DNA of 64,000 nt from Klebsormidium nitens (Eukaryota; Plantae; Klebsormidiophyceae). Below the pieces are notes generated by a model. It was given only the letters and a program-made list of their open reading frames with translations. It did no database searches and was not told the DNA's origin. The translations under genes were made by a program, and so were the position numbers. This document shows positions 1 through 12,718 of this stretch, in pieces; positions within the stretch are counted from its first letter, which is position 1; each line of letters begins with the position of its first letter. Location of the stretch: NCBI GenBank assembly GCA_000708835.1, contig DF237200.1, positions 57,357 through 121,356 of the forward strand. The letters run 5' to 3'.

Positions 1-196
1 GCGGCATTGAACAGCTTTGTTGCCAGAAGGTCAACAAGCTCCGCTGGGAGGAAATGTTTTCGGTCAACTCACTTGCAGCAGAACTACCAAGTGAGAAGCA
101 AGGGAAATTGTAGGGTTCAAAGTCCTGTTCCATTAGAAGTAACAAGGATTGCAGCGGGTGGAGAGTATAAATCGATTTTGTGACAATAGCAACACA

Positions 197-3100
197 ATGG
201 TGCTCGCTTCCGTGGCCGCTCGCGTCGCTGTCCTCCTAGCCATCCTGGCTGGAGCAGTTGTTTTCACCCCACGACCAACCGTGAAGGAGCCAGAGCCAGA
301 GATTCTCAGCTCAAGCCTTGAATACCTCTATGAAAGGTGAGGAATGACCTGAGCAAAGAATCGCTGCTGACATTGCTGATTCTGTTCGTGGAATGGCGCT
401 CCTGGCGCTCCTCAGCTGATTTGCATGCAGAACCAAAACAAGTAAGAGTCCTCGATGATCCATACCAACAACGAACTTAGAAGCGTGTTGATTGCAAGCT
501 GATTGTGATCACTGGATCCATCATCAGTTTCAAGGGATGCTTGATTGAGAGAGGAGATCATGCACGAATGGTGGATGACTGCCGGGTTGTAATTTGAGTG
601 GCAGTTGGCGGCTTCAACATGTGTCACCAAACGGAAACAGCCAAAGCCTGCAGGTTCATCACTGTCTATACTTGGTACTACATTGACTGTCGTCCTTTCC
701 ACCACCAGTTTCTTTGGCTGACTGCAAACCAGACCTGTCGTTGAACAACCTGCAGATTGCCTATAGATTGCCTATGGATTGCCTATTGAATGGAATTAGG
801 CACTGGATGTCATTGCCGAAAGGACAATGACATCCACTTTTCCATCTGGAAGCCAATCGGCACGCCGGCACGAAGCTTGGTAGAGGAGTGAAGTTGGACT
901 TTGCTAGCAAGACCTCACTTAGCAGTCCTTTCCATCTTTACACACGTAAAGTGATGCAAGTGACGTCTTTTATGTTGGCGTTTGTAGAACCGTCTTTGTT
1001 AAAAGCTCTGAGCAACTGTCTGTATTGCAGGATTGGTATCGAGGAGCCTTCTGATGTGACCGGCAGGATGAGGGACACTGCTGCATCTTACTACGACTCT
1101 GCCAAGGAGGCTGTGGGAGACAGCGCTGACTCGCTGGGCGGGACAGCAGGCCAGGCGGAGGGGTATGCCAGCAAAGGTTACGAGAAGTTAAAGCGCGGAG
1201 CTGCCTCTGGCCTTGAGGTAAGATGGTCATTGAAACTTTCGAATCTGCAATCTGCAAATCAAAGACTCCACCCTAGCTTGAGGCTTTTATTGGCTCTCTC
1301 TTTGGAGTGCTGCAAAGAACAATCAGACAACGTTTTAGAATATGCAAAGTTGCTTGATGCTCAGGGGTCAACAAGGAGTGCTGCAAAGAACAATCAGACA
1401 ACGTTTTAGAATATGCAAAGTTGCTTGATGCTCAGGGGTCAACAAGTTTCTCAATCATGAAATGCTGTGTCCGTTTATGATTGATTTACAGAGAGTGCTG
1501 CTGAATCCTTCTCAAGGGCACATTTTGATTGATACGTTGTATATTAAGGAACCTTTTCATGCAAGTGCCTATTTTTTGCAATGTCGCTGTTGTTGCATCA
1601 TCCTTCTTGTGCCTTCTTTCTCGAGCTTTGTTCCTCTACCCTACATGGAAAACGCATTGCAAATGTCAAAGAAAGCTTAACAGTATGTATCTTCCACCCC
1701 CACTTGAGTGCCAGGTGTGTAGCAACTTCAAGAGAACGTAGTGTCTATATTGTGCTGTTTGACAACCAGACAGCCAATCACATGGAACCATTTCGATGGT
1801 TCCAGTCAATGACAGATAGGGCGTTCCTTGCCCCTTACTGATCAAACATCACTTTGTACATGTGCAGTCTGCCACTGAAGCCACCCAGGGAGCCTATGGC
1901 GCCGCCAAAGAGGGCTTCGACCAGGGCATGCAGCGTGCAAGCGGGGAGGCGCACGACTCCGAGGCTCGCCGGCGCGCCGCCGAGGGGCAGGCTTATCTTC
2001 AGAGCATCTATGGTGGCAGCATGGAGGTGGCAGAGCAGACTGGCCACCGGCTGAAGGAGCAAGCAAGGGAAGAGGTCCAGAACGCCGCTAGGAAGGGGTA
2101 TGATATCACGAAGGGCGCCGCAGGCTACGTGAAAGACGCTGCTCAGTATGCTGGCGCTAAGGGCGGGGAGGCGATGGACGTGGCTCGCGAGCAGGCGGAG
2201 CAAGTGAAGGAGACCGGCAAGGAAGGGGCGCACAAGGCGCACGGGGTTTACGAGGCTGCGAAGGGAGGCGTGCATGAGGTGATCGAGAAGGTCGGCGATG
2301 CATACCACCGCGCGGTCCTGGTGGCAGAGGCCGCAGTGCACCAGGCACAGCATGCGTACGAGGAGGCGGAGCACAAGCTCGCGCAGGCGCGCCACCTGGC
2401 GGCCGAAGCGGCGAAGAAGACGAAGCATGGCGCGGAGGTTGGCGCCGAAGATGTCAAGATTGGCTATGAGCGTTCAGTGGAGGCGGCGCGCTTGGCAGCG
2501 GAGAAAGCAAAGACGGCGTATGAGAGGGCGGTGGAGAACCTGGAGAGCGCAAGGAAGAAGGCTGGGGAGATGTACGAGGTGGCAGGGGACAAGGGCGCAG
2601 CATATTACCACTACCTCAAGGGGCTGGCTGCCAGGACTCAAGAAGGTCTCAGGTAGGGGTTTTTGGGTGGATCGTTGTAGAAGGTTCCGTGTGAACTCTA
2701 GTTACAAGATTCAATTAGTGGTTCTTTTTTTTCCGGTAAGAACTAAGGACAACGGATCTATCACGTCATCTGCACTTTATTTCTTGCGACGAACTTCTGG
2801 CAAAAGTTCAGATGTGCAGTCCGCTTCATTGACTAGTCGCCCTGTGTATTGAACCTAGATGAAGTGTCACCAGAAGAGATTCACAAAAACGATGCAGAAT
2901 AAGTAGTGACGACTTTCGCTTACCAGAACTCATATGATTCAAAAACAGACCAGGCTATAGAACGACCCTTAACCGGAAAAGCGAAGACGTTTTGACGTTT
3001 TTGGTTATTTTGTTTCGAGGTATTTGCTGTCAGAAAAGCATCTTTGCTCGAACTTTGCAGTCACGCCAAGGACGTCGCTGCCGAGAAGCTCACCGAAGCC

Positions 3101-6100
3101 AAAGACTACGTTTACGACACCAAGGCTCATGTCACGGGTGATGTCAAGAAGAACGACCTCGGCAGCTGGTGGAACTGGGCGCTAGGAGGAGAGAGAGCCC
3201 AGAAGAAGTACGAGGCGAAGAAGTACGGCCAGGTAAGGTTTGAGATGGTTATCATTGACACAACTGACACTTCTCCCCCGTAGCGGACGTCTTCTTCGAG
3301 ATAGGATGGCGTCTTAGGGTAGCACCAACCAAGCAGGCCTGCCTGTAAATAAGGCCCACAAATTTCTGATGGTCCATTCTCAGTCTGTGCAGTTCCTCTC
3401 ACTATTTTTGGGTATACATTCTTAATCCTCGGGGATACTTTGAGGACTGAATCTTTCAGAAAGAGCAGGGTCTGAAAGGAGTGGATGGAGGAAAGCCGTC
3501 GGGTTAACCACTTGAAAGCGTCCGTCATCTGCATCAGAACTATCTCCGAGACGTGCGTTGCTTCATATCCTTGCAGGTCGCCAATATATCAAGAACTGTC
3601 TCACTTATGCAAACGGTTCTTTCGCTCGACCAGTCTCACAGACCTGGTTTTTCGCAAACAGACAGTCGTTAGAAGTTTCCAACCCCCATGAAACACTTGT
3701 TCCTGACTTCTGAAAAACGCAGTCCCTTTGCAGGGCTGGCGCCTCTGGTGGTCCGCCAAGGAGAAAGCCGCCGAGTTCGCGGAGCACGCCCCCGAGTACT
3801 ACGCCCAGGCGAAGGAGAAGGGCGCCGAGACCTACCAGCAGGCTCGCGAGACGGCCGGTGACGTCAGCGACTACGTCAAAGAGACCAAGGACTACGTCAC
3901 GGGTGATGTCAAGAAGCGAGACGCCGGCAAGTGGTGGCGGTGGGCAGCTTGGGGACAGAAGCCGCGTGAGGAGGACTTCGGAATGGTGCGTCTCTTCTTC
4001 ATCTCCAAAAGACTGTTGTCTACGGAGGGCTTACTGCAGTATTGTAGTGTGCAATCCGCAGCTTGCACTGTGAAGGTTTCGGGAAGAGTACTTAAGCACC
4101 CCATCGAGTAGTTGAAGGGAAGGAGGTTTTACGGGCTTACTGTACCCTTTGATGTCTGTGAAATCTGGTAAGGTCTCCGTGTCTTCTCTGCTGAGGTTTT
4201 GTACATAGTTTTTCTTCAGAGATCATGTAATGTCTTTCAAAAGTGACATATCCGTACCCCCATCTTCCGTCTATCTTTACTGATTGACGCTCAACCGTAA
4301 GACTTGCTGAAAGTCAAGACTTTTCTGAGATTATCTGCAATGCAGCAGGCATTATATCTTCCCGGAATTCGGCAGATACATGGGTCGAGTGACTACTTAC
4401 TGGGACCTGTCTGCCAGTGTACTTGGTTGTTAGCGCCCAATTTAATCGAAGCCCTCGCAATCCTCCAGCTCAATCCTCCAGCTCATCAACTGGCTCGCTA
4501 CACAAAGACGTACATTTTCCTTCCTGCAACGAACGGCATGGCCTAGCGAAAATCATGCGCCTCTTGTGAATTGTCCTTCCCTAACAAACAGCAGTTAACG
4601 AGAGCGACGACGATCTTCTACCTGGAAACAGGACCCGCGTCCATTGCAGGTGCTTTGCTGGGTTGCAAAGAGCGAGCCTCAGGTTGACCGTGTTTTGAGT
4701 GTCTTACGTAGGCCGACTTTCCATGCTTCGTCTGCAGGGCTGGCGCCTCTGGTGGTCCGCGAAGGACAAGGCCGCTGATCTCGCGGAGCATGCCCCCCAG
4801 TACTACGCCCAGGCAAAGGAGAAGAGCGCCGAGTACTACCAGCAGGCGCGGCAGACGGCCGGTGACGTCACCGACTATGCGATGGACACCAAGGACTACG
4901 TCACAGGTGATGTCAAGGAGCGGGACTCCGGCAAGTGGTGGAGGTGGGCCCTGTGGGGGAAGAAGGCGCGCGCGGAGGAGGAGGCGAAGCGCTATGGAAC
5001 GGTGAGAATGCACGGTATAGGTTGTGTGGAAAGCAATCTTGAATTATTAGGCTGGGTAGGTGGTTCGCTGATTTACTGATTGCGGTAGAGCTTGTGCGGC
5101 ATTCACTGGAAACAAATTCGAATCGCTCCTCTCAAACCTCTATTCACGAAAGTCCATGTTCCCACCGGTCACAAGCAGTAGCGTACATTTACAAGCTCTT
5201 GATTGGGCAGATCAACAGCTCACTCTATGAAGTTCACTTATGACTGTGGGATAAAGGCAGGCGTGAATCGAGAATGAGAAGGTCACCTAGATGTCTGTTT
5301 TTGCACTCTTTCTTACTTAACGCCTCGACATCTCATTGCCTCTTTTTGCGTCCTTTCCAGGGCTGGCTGTACTGGTGGGCTGCCAAAGACCGCCTCGGAC
5401 AAGCCGCCGAGCGCACCCCCGAGTACGTCAGCAAGGCCCGCGAAGCCGCTTCCCAGGCTAGCGAGCAGATCCCCGGCTACGTCAGCAAGGCCCGTGAAGT
5501 CGCTTCCCAGGCCAGCGAGCAGATGGCCGACACTGCCTCCAAGGTGAAGGATTCCGCGGTGGAGTGGGCGGAATCCGCCCGCGAGAAGGTGGCGGAACCG
5601 GCCGCGCAAGCGCAGCAGAAGGCTGGGGAGATCGCTGGGACGGTGCGGAACAGGGCGGAAGACGTCACGGGCGCTGTGAAAGGAAAGGTGAAGCAAGTCA
5701 GAAACGCAGCTGGCGAGATCGTGGAGGAAATCGAGGAGCCGGTCGAGAAGTATGCCGGCGCGGCAAAGGAGAAAGGGAGGGAGGCGGTAACCAAAGCGCA
5801 GCAAATGGGCGAGGGTGCAGAGGAATATGCGGAGGGCGTCAAGCGCAAGGGGAAGGAAGCCGGCGGAAAGGCGACCGGTATCCTGGGTGAAGCTGAGCGG
5901 AAAGCCCACGAGTTTGCGGAAGCGGTGAAGCACAAGGCCGAGCAGCTGGTGATGGGGGCGCGGGGCAAGGCCGGAGAGGCCAAAGAGACCGGGGAAGAGT
6001 ATTTGGGCGCTGCCAAGGGAAAGGGCGAACGGCTAGCTGAGAAGGCGGAGGAGAGCCTGAGCTCCGCGCAGAGGACCGGAGAGGAATACGCGACTGGTGC

Positions 6101-8728
6101 GAAACGCAAAGGAGAAGAGTATGCGGGCGAAGCGAAGCGCAAGGGGAAGGAATATCTTGGTGGAGCGGTTCGCAAGGGCGAGGAATACGCGGGTAAAGCC
6201 AAGCGCAAGGGGCAGGAAGTCGCGGGCGAAGCCAAGCGCAAGGGAGAGGAGTATGCGGGCGGCGCAAAGCGCACGGGGGAGGAGCTGACGCGCAAAGCGG
6301 GCCAACACGTGTCGGGCATCTGGAGGGCCACGGAGGATTACCCCGCTGAAGCGCGCCACAAGCTGGAGGAGCTGACCCGGGAAGTCGAGGAACGCTTGGA
6401 GGAGGTCTGGAGAACCGGGGAGCAGTACGCCGAGCAAAGCGGGCGCAGCGGGAACCGCCTGAGCAGAGACGCGAGCGCCCGGATGAGCGCGACCGGGGAG
6501 CGGATCAAGGACCGCGCAAGTGACTACGCGGATTCTGCCGGGGACTCGTTCCGGTCGGTCGGCAGCAAGGGACGCCAGTACTACGAGTCGGCGAAGGAGA
6601 CCGGAGAAGAGGTCGCCGAGGCTCCGCGCCGTTGGTGGCAGTTCTGGAAGCGCAAGGCGGGCGACGTGGAGCGCGACGTGAGCGGCCGCGCGCGCGGCGC
6701 GGGCCAGCGCGCGGCGGAGGGCTTGCAGGGTCTGGGCCGCGCCGCGCAGCAGGGCGTGCGTCGCGCGGAGGAGGGCGTGAAGAGCGTGGCGGCGGGAGTG
6801 AACGGCGGGCGGAAGAAGGCGATCGAGGTGCTGGAGGTGCGCATGCGGATGGCGCGCGAGGTGCTGATGGACAAGTACCACGAGATCGAGACACCCCAGG
6901 TACGGCAGCCGGACTCCTTCTGAAGCTTTTGTTAGGTGTCCAACTATGGTTTGTCGTTTCGGTGGATAGCTAAGATGATTTCGAAGATGGAGTCGGACGC
7001 TTTGCTGCGAAAGAGCTGTTCTATATGATTGGCGCATCTTCAAAGTTGCCGACAGAGGAAAGCACGCCGCCGGGACCTCGAACTCACGGCTTCCAATCAA
7101 AATCCGAGAAGGGGCTCAGTGGCATCGCAATGAATCTGCATGCTTCATGTCGGCAGGATGTGGCTCTCTTGCTTACTTTTTTCGAGAAGAGTTTCGCTCA
7201 GGCTTGGTATATGTCAAAGGGTCTGAATTTACTCACTAGCTTACTCTTTCCGCCCCATCCTCTGCAGCAACTCATGGACCGCCTGAACGCCTACGCCGCG
7301 TACGCCACCCACCAGGCCCACGAGGCGACCCACCAGGCCCTGTCCACATCTCTCGCGGTCGCCCACCAGGCGCAGTCGGCGGCAGTCACCGCGGCGCGCG
7401 TTCTGCACCTGCTGGCCTTCTCGGTGGCGGTGGGTACCGGCTTCTGGGTCACGTTCGTGGCGGGGGTGGTAATGTTCAACGCGCTACCGCGCCGCCAGTT
7501 CGGGTTCATCCAGAGCAAGCTGTTCCCGGCCTACTTCCAGGTGAGGACTTTCACTTAGGACAGACGAAGTTGCGTCTGTATTCCAGAACAACTCACCTGC
7601 TTTTTCTACCCCTGTCTTATTTCGGCGTTTAGGCTCTTTTGCTTTGCATCAGCGTCTTAGTGCACAACTCCAGGGGGTCATCGACTACGCCTGAGCCTCC
7701 TCCTCACGCTGCTTTTGCACTTGCACACAAATTAAGAAGCAACCGTTTATAAGGCAGACATTGAAACTGGTCTAAAGAGCGCCCCGTGAACCCCGTGTCG
7801 CTTGACGTTCTGCCCGCCACCCGCCACTATGCTCCATGTTCGCCGAGCAGCCGACACCAGCACGTTCTCTGAAGGCCCGAAGCGGCTCGCAGTGGATTGG
7901 CGATGACATCGCGGGGACGCCCTTTGTTTTCGGTCACTGCTTAGAATCATGCCTACATACAAAGTCCAAGTTTCCGTTAATCACGGTGGGTGAAATTCTG
8001 CTGCTTCTGCGCTCACCCCTATGTCTCGTCATCCCCGCAGGTCATGGGCCTGTCCTCGTCTATCGCCCTCATCACCTTCGCGGCCATCCACCCGTTCTGG
8101 GGCTCCTCCCCCGAGGAGCGCCTGCAGATCCTGGTGCTCGGGACCACGCTCGCGGCCTCGCTCACCAACCTGCTCTACCTGGAGCCCCTGACGACCCAGG
8201 TGGGCATTCACACTGCCGCTTTTCCCGGGCACTTTGTCAGCTGTCAGATTATGCGAAAACGCGTGGCGACGTTGGCGACGGCGGCCAGGGGACAGAAGCA
8301 AACAGAACTCCCAGGTTTCTTACGGTTTGCCGTTGGAGTATCTTGTCTGGGCCCTTCGATCTCTGCTTCTGCGGGCGAACATTTTGCAACGTTTGCCTCA
8401 GGAATACGTCACCACTGGTATCCTCTTGAATAACTTTGCATGTTTCTTATATGACAGATGAAGTCAGATTGTACGTGCATTATCAGGAACTTGCCTGTTT
8501 CCTCTGCAGGTGATGGAGGCCCGGTCTAAGTTCGAGCAGCGCGATGCGGTCGGGGAAGAGCACCCGGCGAAGGGCGGCGCTCCGGAGACCACGAAAGCGA
8601 GCCCGGACCTCGCGGAGCTCAACAAGCGCTTCGGGGTCCTGCACGGCCTGTCGTCCATCGCCAACCTGGTCGCCCTCAGCGGGCTCTCGGTCCACCTCTG
8701 GTACTTAGCGTCCCGGCTAGTTTTGTAA
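197..8728 (+). CDS. Large LEA (group 3-like) protein with N-terminal hydrophobic signal/anchor and C-terminal DUF4149/TMEM205-like membrane domain, ~1329 aa, 10 exons
   Basis: Exons with GT-AG boundaries and consistent phases: 197-336, 1031-1217, 1868-2652, 3061-3232, 3734-3985, 4738-5001, 5361-6899, 7268-7540, 8041-8199, 8510-8728 (3990 nt). N-term MVLASVAARVAVLLAILAGAVV. A/E/K/G-rich body with 11-mer repeats (GEEYAGEAKRK). C-term HLLAFSVAVGTGFWVTFVAGVVMFNALPRRQFGFIQSKLFPAYF ... NKRFGVLHGLSSIANL matches DUF4149/TMEM205. Architecture recalls Arabidopsis At1g72100. Confidence 0.88.
1304..1445. repeat. Perfect 71-bp tandem duplication (2 copies) in LEA intron 2
   Basis: ggagtgctgcaaagaacaatcagacaacgttttagaatatgcaaagttgcttgatgctcaggggtcaacaa at 1304-1374 and 1375-1445. 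Confidence 0.95.
5991..6297 (+). repeat. Coding 33-nt (11-aa) LEA repeat array
   Basis: GEEYLGAAKGK, GEEYATGAKRK, GEEYAGEAKRK, GKEYLGGAVRK, GEEYAGKAKRK, GQEVAGEAKRK, GEEYAGGAKRT in exon 7. Confidence 0.9.
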
Positions 8729-9963
8729 CTTCTGATGATGCTGGGAGTCAGTTCATTTGTCGTATCTAGAACGGCACAAAGATGAAGAGTCAATTTTGTC
8801 TAGGTAGGAGTCGGATAGTGGCGGAGAGAGTCGTCCGAATGACTCTGCCGGCCCGGCCATACGGAAGTCAGTTTCTATTGCTATTTTGGGGCGAGAGAAC
8901 AGTATGTTTTTGTAATAGGATATACGGTCTTTGTATGGATTGGTGGCAGGAACAATTTAGCGCGGCCCGCACGAGACTATTCAGTCTTGAACTAACTTGA
9001 TCTATTTGTACAGCCTGCAAAACCTATCGTCGGTCGGTTCCTTTCATTCGAGTCGATGCACTAGCCTTGGCATTCCCAACATTTCAATTAAGCTTTGAAA
9101 TGCACGAGCATCCATGTGCGACCTCAACGGCTTCTCATACATGGAAATATTTGAAGTGGATTTGATGCCAGGCAGCGCAAAACTATATGCGTTCGTGTAT
9201 TGTCATTTTGATTGAGAGCAGCATCTTGTTTGGCGCCGGCTACATGCCTTGCTTATACATTTACTGGCGCAAGCTCACAAATTGCTCCAATTCTCCGGGG
9301 CACCATGCAGTAATACACGATCGACACGTCCGGTCATCTGGTTGTACTTCAGTCAAGCATCATTTCCATTTGTGAGCTGCGGCTTCGTAGCGGGCAGCTC
9401 CATGCATGAGCTGAGCGCGCGCGTGCGCGTCCCCATGGCAAGCTAATGCGTGGCGGAACTTTCAAGCACAGCTAGCCTACACTCAGGATGCAGTGATTAA
9501 CGTCAACGAGATTTTGAATCATTTTTAACTTGCAGAAGGCTACTGTTGGTACAGTTTAAGAGTGCATTCGAGATTCACGGTACACTTAAGAACAGCTTTG
9601 ATAGTGCATGATATTATCGATGTTCCAACTCTCAGAAATTACTTGGCATCTGAACTTCGAGTCGGTGCCGCCTGAAGAGATAGACTTCTGAGCTGCTTCA
9701 GTCTTTCAGAGTAAGTTGCGCAAGGAGGAGGCCTTCTGTTGCCCTTCTTGACTTTTCATTCCATGCAACCAGATCGCGAAGGCAAGCCTGGGGAGGTGAG
9801 CATGGCGACTCCGCAATTTCAAGGAGAACTTCAACCCTTGCGGGGAGGCGTGACCTTGTAGGTAGCTCTGCAATTCTCGATCATGTTTTCCACGTGAAAG
9901 CTTAGGCTAAAGGAGAGCAGAAGCCTTTTGATTATGAAGAAGCGCACTCCAGGCACTCGAATC

Positions 9964-12718
9964 ATGGCGACAAAAAGAGGAAACTCTGGAGGACTCGAAT
10001 TCCCTCGCTTTAAAAGACTCTTCCTCTCTGTCCTGACTGAGCTTAAAGGGAAGATAGAGGGACAAGTTGAGGAGAATCCTAACCTGCTGGCGATTTCATT
10101 CCCTGGCTGCAGGGCACCGGTGAATGTCAATCTGGATACGTTTTATCAGGGATGCGGATGCGGGCCTTCAGCAACTGAAACCACGTGCCTGGCAGAGTTG
10201 AAAAGGGTCCTCCGGAACATCGTTGCAGTCCACAGCGACTTTCCAAGAGCTCCACCTTTGAATGACCTCTTCATTGCAGTGAAGACCAGCAGCTTTGTCA
10301 GGGACTTTGAGAAGAACCGAGGCGCCGCAGACTTTTCCGTGGGTAATGGTCGCCAAGCTAGAATGATAGCTCAGCAGTTTGGCAGCCAGAGTGGCGAGCT
10401 AGTGAAAGCTGTGGTGATTGCGCAGACCGAATCTGACTACTACATAAGCGACGAAGTGCTCGAATGGTGGAACATGTCGGAGCCAGAAGCCTTCGAGGTG
10501 GCCATGCGGAACACAGAGCGTGCTACACCAGACCCCTTCAAGATCAACCATGCAACGATGGGAAAGAATGCACGCATGAGAGCCTTTTTCAGAAGACAGA
10601 AGCAGAACCCCTTTGAGGTCTGCTGCATGCGCTCAGCTGATCGGGAGGAGAGGCCTCTCTTCGTCTGGGGAACGTTCCAGGACAATCACGCTCTTTCCAG
10701 ACTGATCCTCCCGCGAGTCATTGAGAGCTGCGCAGAAGAGCTCCGGTGCTCTGCTACCAGTTTGGTCGTCATCCCGATGAAGAAGTGCGAGTTCTTCGTT
10801 GGAAACTGCGAGAGCATGGAGAGCGTGTGGTGGCTCGCTATTCAGGTGCAGGACAACGCAGAGGTTCTCAAGTCTCGTGGACAGCTTGTTTCTTCAAGGC
10901 CTTTCAGGGTAAGCTCTTTACTCAAGGAATTTTTCCACGCGTCCTGAGGTTCGTTAACTGAATCAGAATGGTGCAGTATCCTTGTAGGATTGCAAGTCGA
11001 TCAACCTCAGAGTACATGCATTAACAGAATGGAATCTCTTGTTGGACATGCAAGCTGTCCCTGAAGATTACGAACAAGGGGATCTAGCCTTGAAGCGTCT
11101 AGTACTCGCTTGCTTCCCAAAATGATAAAAGCTGCTCTTCGTTTGCAAAGCCTGCATCCCCTCTTTTCCTTCCTATGCTTTCAAAGAAAGGTATCAATGC
11201 TGGTAGAAGTAAAATTAAATAGCGCTTTGGATCAAGATCTCAATTGTGTTTGTACGGATTTAGATGAGTCTATATATCCTTGTCGCGACCTTCATTTTCT
11301 CCTCTGATCTCGAAAGAACATCAAGAAGCACAGAGAAAGGGATCAATACTAAAGCAGAGGCTTCTCTCCACAATTCCAGGTCACTCACTTGCGCAACGAC
11401 CAGGGTCTGGTATCTCTCGAGCCGTACCCCCTTCTAGGTGGCACGATTGGACTTGGTCGGTGGGACGGATCGGTCAGGCGGCTCATGTTCCCAATCCCAA
11501 GGACTTCAAAAGAGCTGGAGTCTACAGATCCTGCAAGAGACGGCAGAGTTTTCTACACCTTCATCGAGGAGTCGAGCTTCCTGTCGGAGAACTGCTGGAA
11601 TGTAAGTCCCATTGAAATGGAGTGCCGTTTTGGCTACGTGGATTTGAGTACTTGGTATATTGTACAGATGAATGCAGTTTCGAACTAGCCAGCAGATCCT
11701 AACTTCGATCCCAGATCCCTTGGTTGCCCGCTTTACAAGTGGACTTCGCGCATCCCAGCGATGCGGACTTATTTGACTCCCTGGCGTGGGACCTGCGGGG
11801 TAGCGTCAAGGAAAGGCAGAGTTCGATTGTTTGCAAGATTAAGCATACGTCTGATAATGGAATGACGCCAATGCCATGCGCTTCTGCAAGCTCTAGCTAT
11901 GACGAGCTTTTCAGCGCACTTTGCGCCTCCTATCTGTCACGCGGCACAGACCTTGTTCTTGAAGTCCCTGCGGAAGAATGCTTACGCCATCATTTCTGCT
12001 GCTTGATGCAACAGTGCCGTCAGAAGGTGAGCCCGCTCATGAAGTGCGCCAACTGCCAGGACGTCAAGTACTGCTCCAAAGGTGAGGAGAGACGTTGCTA
12101 ACGCAGGGTTCGACCGAGTCCTCGAACACACCCGCTGAAAGAGGGTGTATGACCGGAGCGGCCCGTAACGTCAGCACCGGTCATGCACGTGCAGAATATC
12201 GAGCTCAGGGACTATCACCGCACTTAGGTCTGTTGGCGACACAAGCGCAGAGAGGCACGGATTACAGTCGCCACGTCAATAGGACAGGTCCTGCGACGCC
12301 CTGTTTAAGCCGACCTGCGCCGCTTGAATAGCAGTCTGGCTGCAATTTGTCCGATACATCGAGCTGCTCTCGTGCTGTATTTCAGTGGAGTTGCTTGCCT
12401 GCTCTTCATTCATCTGTAAAGATACTCACTAATGATACCCTGTGAGAGCAAAAATTGAGGGTCTGTGGAGTCTGAGTGTGGGCGATTCCCTACGCAGAGT
12501 GTCAGAAGGAGAGCTGGAACAAGGGCCACAAGTTCGAGTGCGAGGCGCGGAAGAAGGCAGCCGATCCGGGTTTTGTCGCGCCCGGTTCTCGAAGCGCGGA
12601 CAGGTTCGACAGAGAGAGCAAGAGAGCGGCCGCGACTGTCGGACCAAGGACGTTCCGCGAGGTGAAGAAGGAGCTGGCCGAAACGGTGCAGAAGAGCTTG
12701 GAAAACGTCAGCCTGTGA
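9964..12718 (+). CDS. zf-MYND protein with uncharacterised (DUF1444-like) N-terminal domain, copy A, ~484 aa, 4 exons
   Basis: Exons 9964-10908, 11380-11601, 12015-12081, 12498-12718 (phases 0,0,1). The spliced C-term reads NCWNC-RQKVSPLMKCANCQDVKYCSKECQKESWNKGHKFEC, a MYND finger. Start is ATG 9964 by analogy with the paralogs; ATG 9934 is possible. Confidence 0.85.

Noticed and set aside
5313-7100. Long antisense and alternate-frame ORFs (206, 284 and 355 aa) over LEA exon 7
   Set aside because: Shadow ORFs expected from GC-rich repetitive coding sequence. They have no independent motif.
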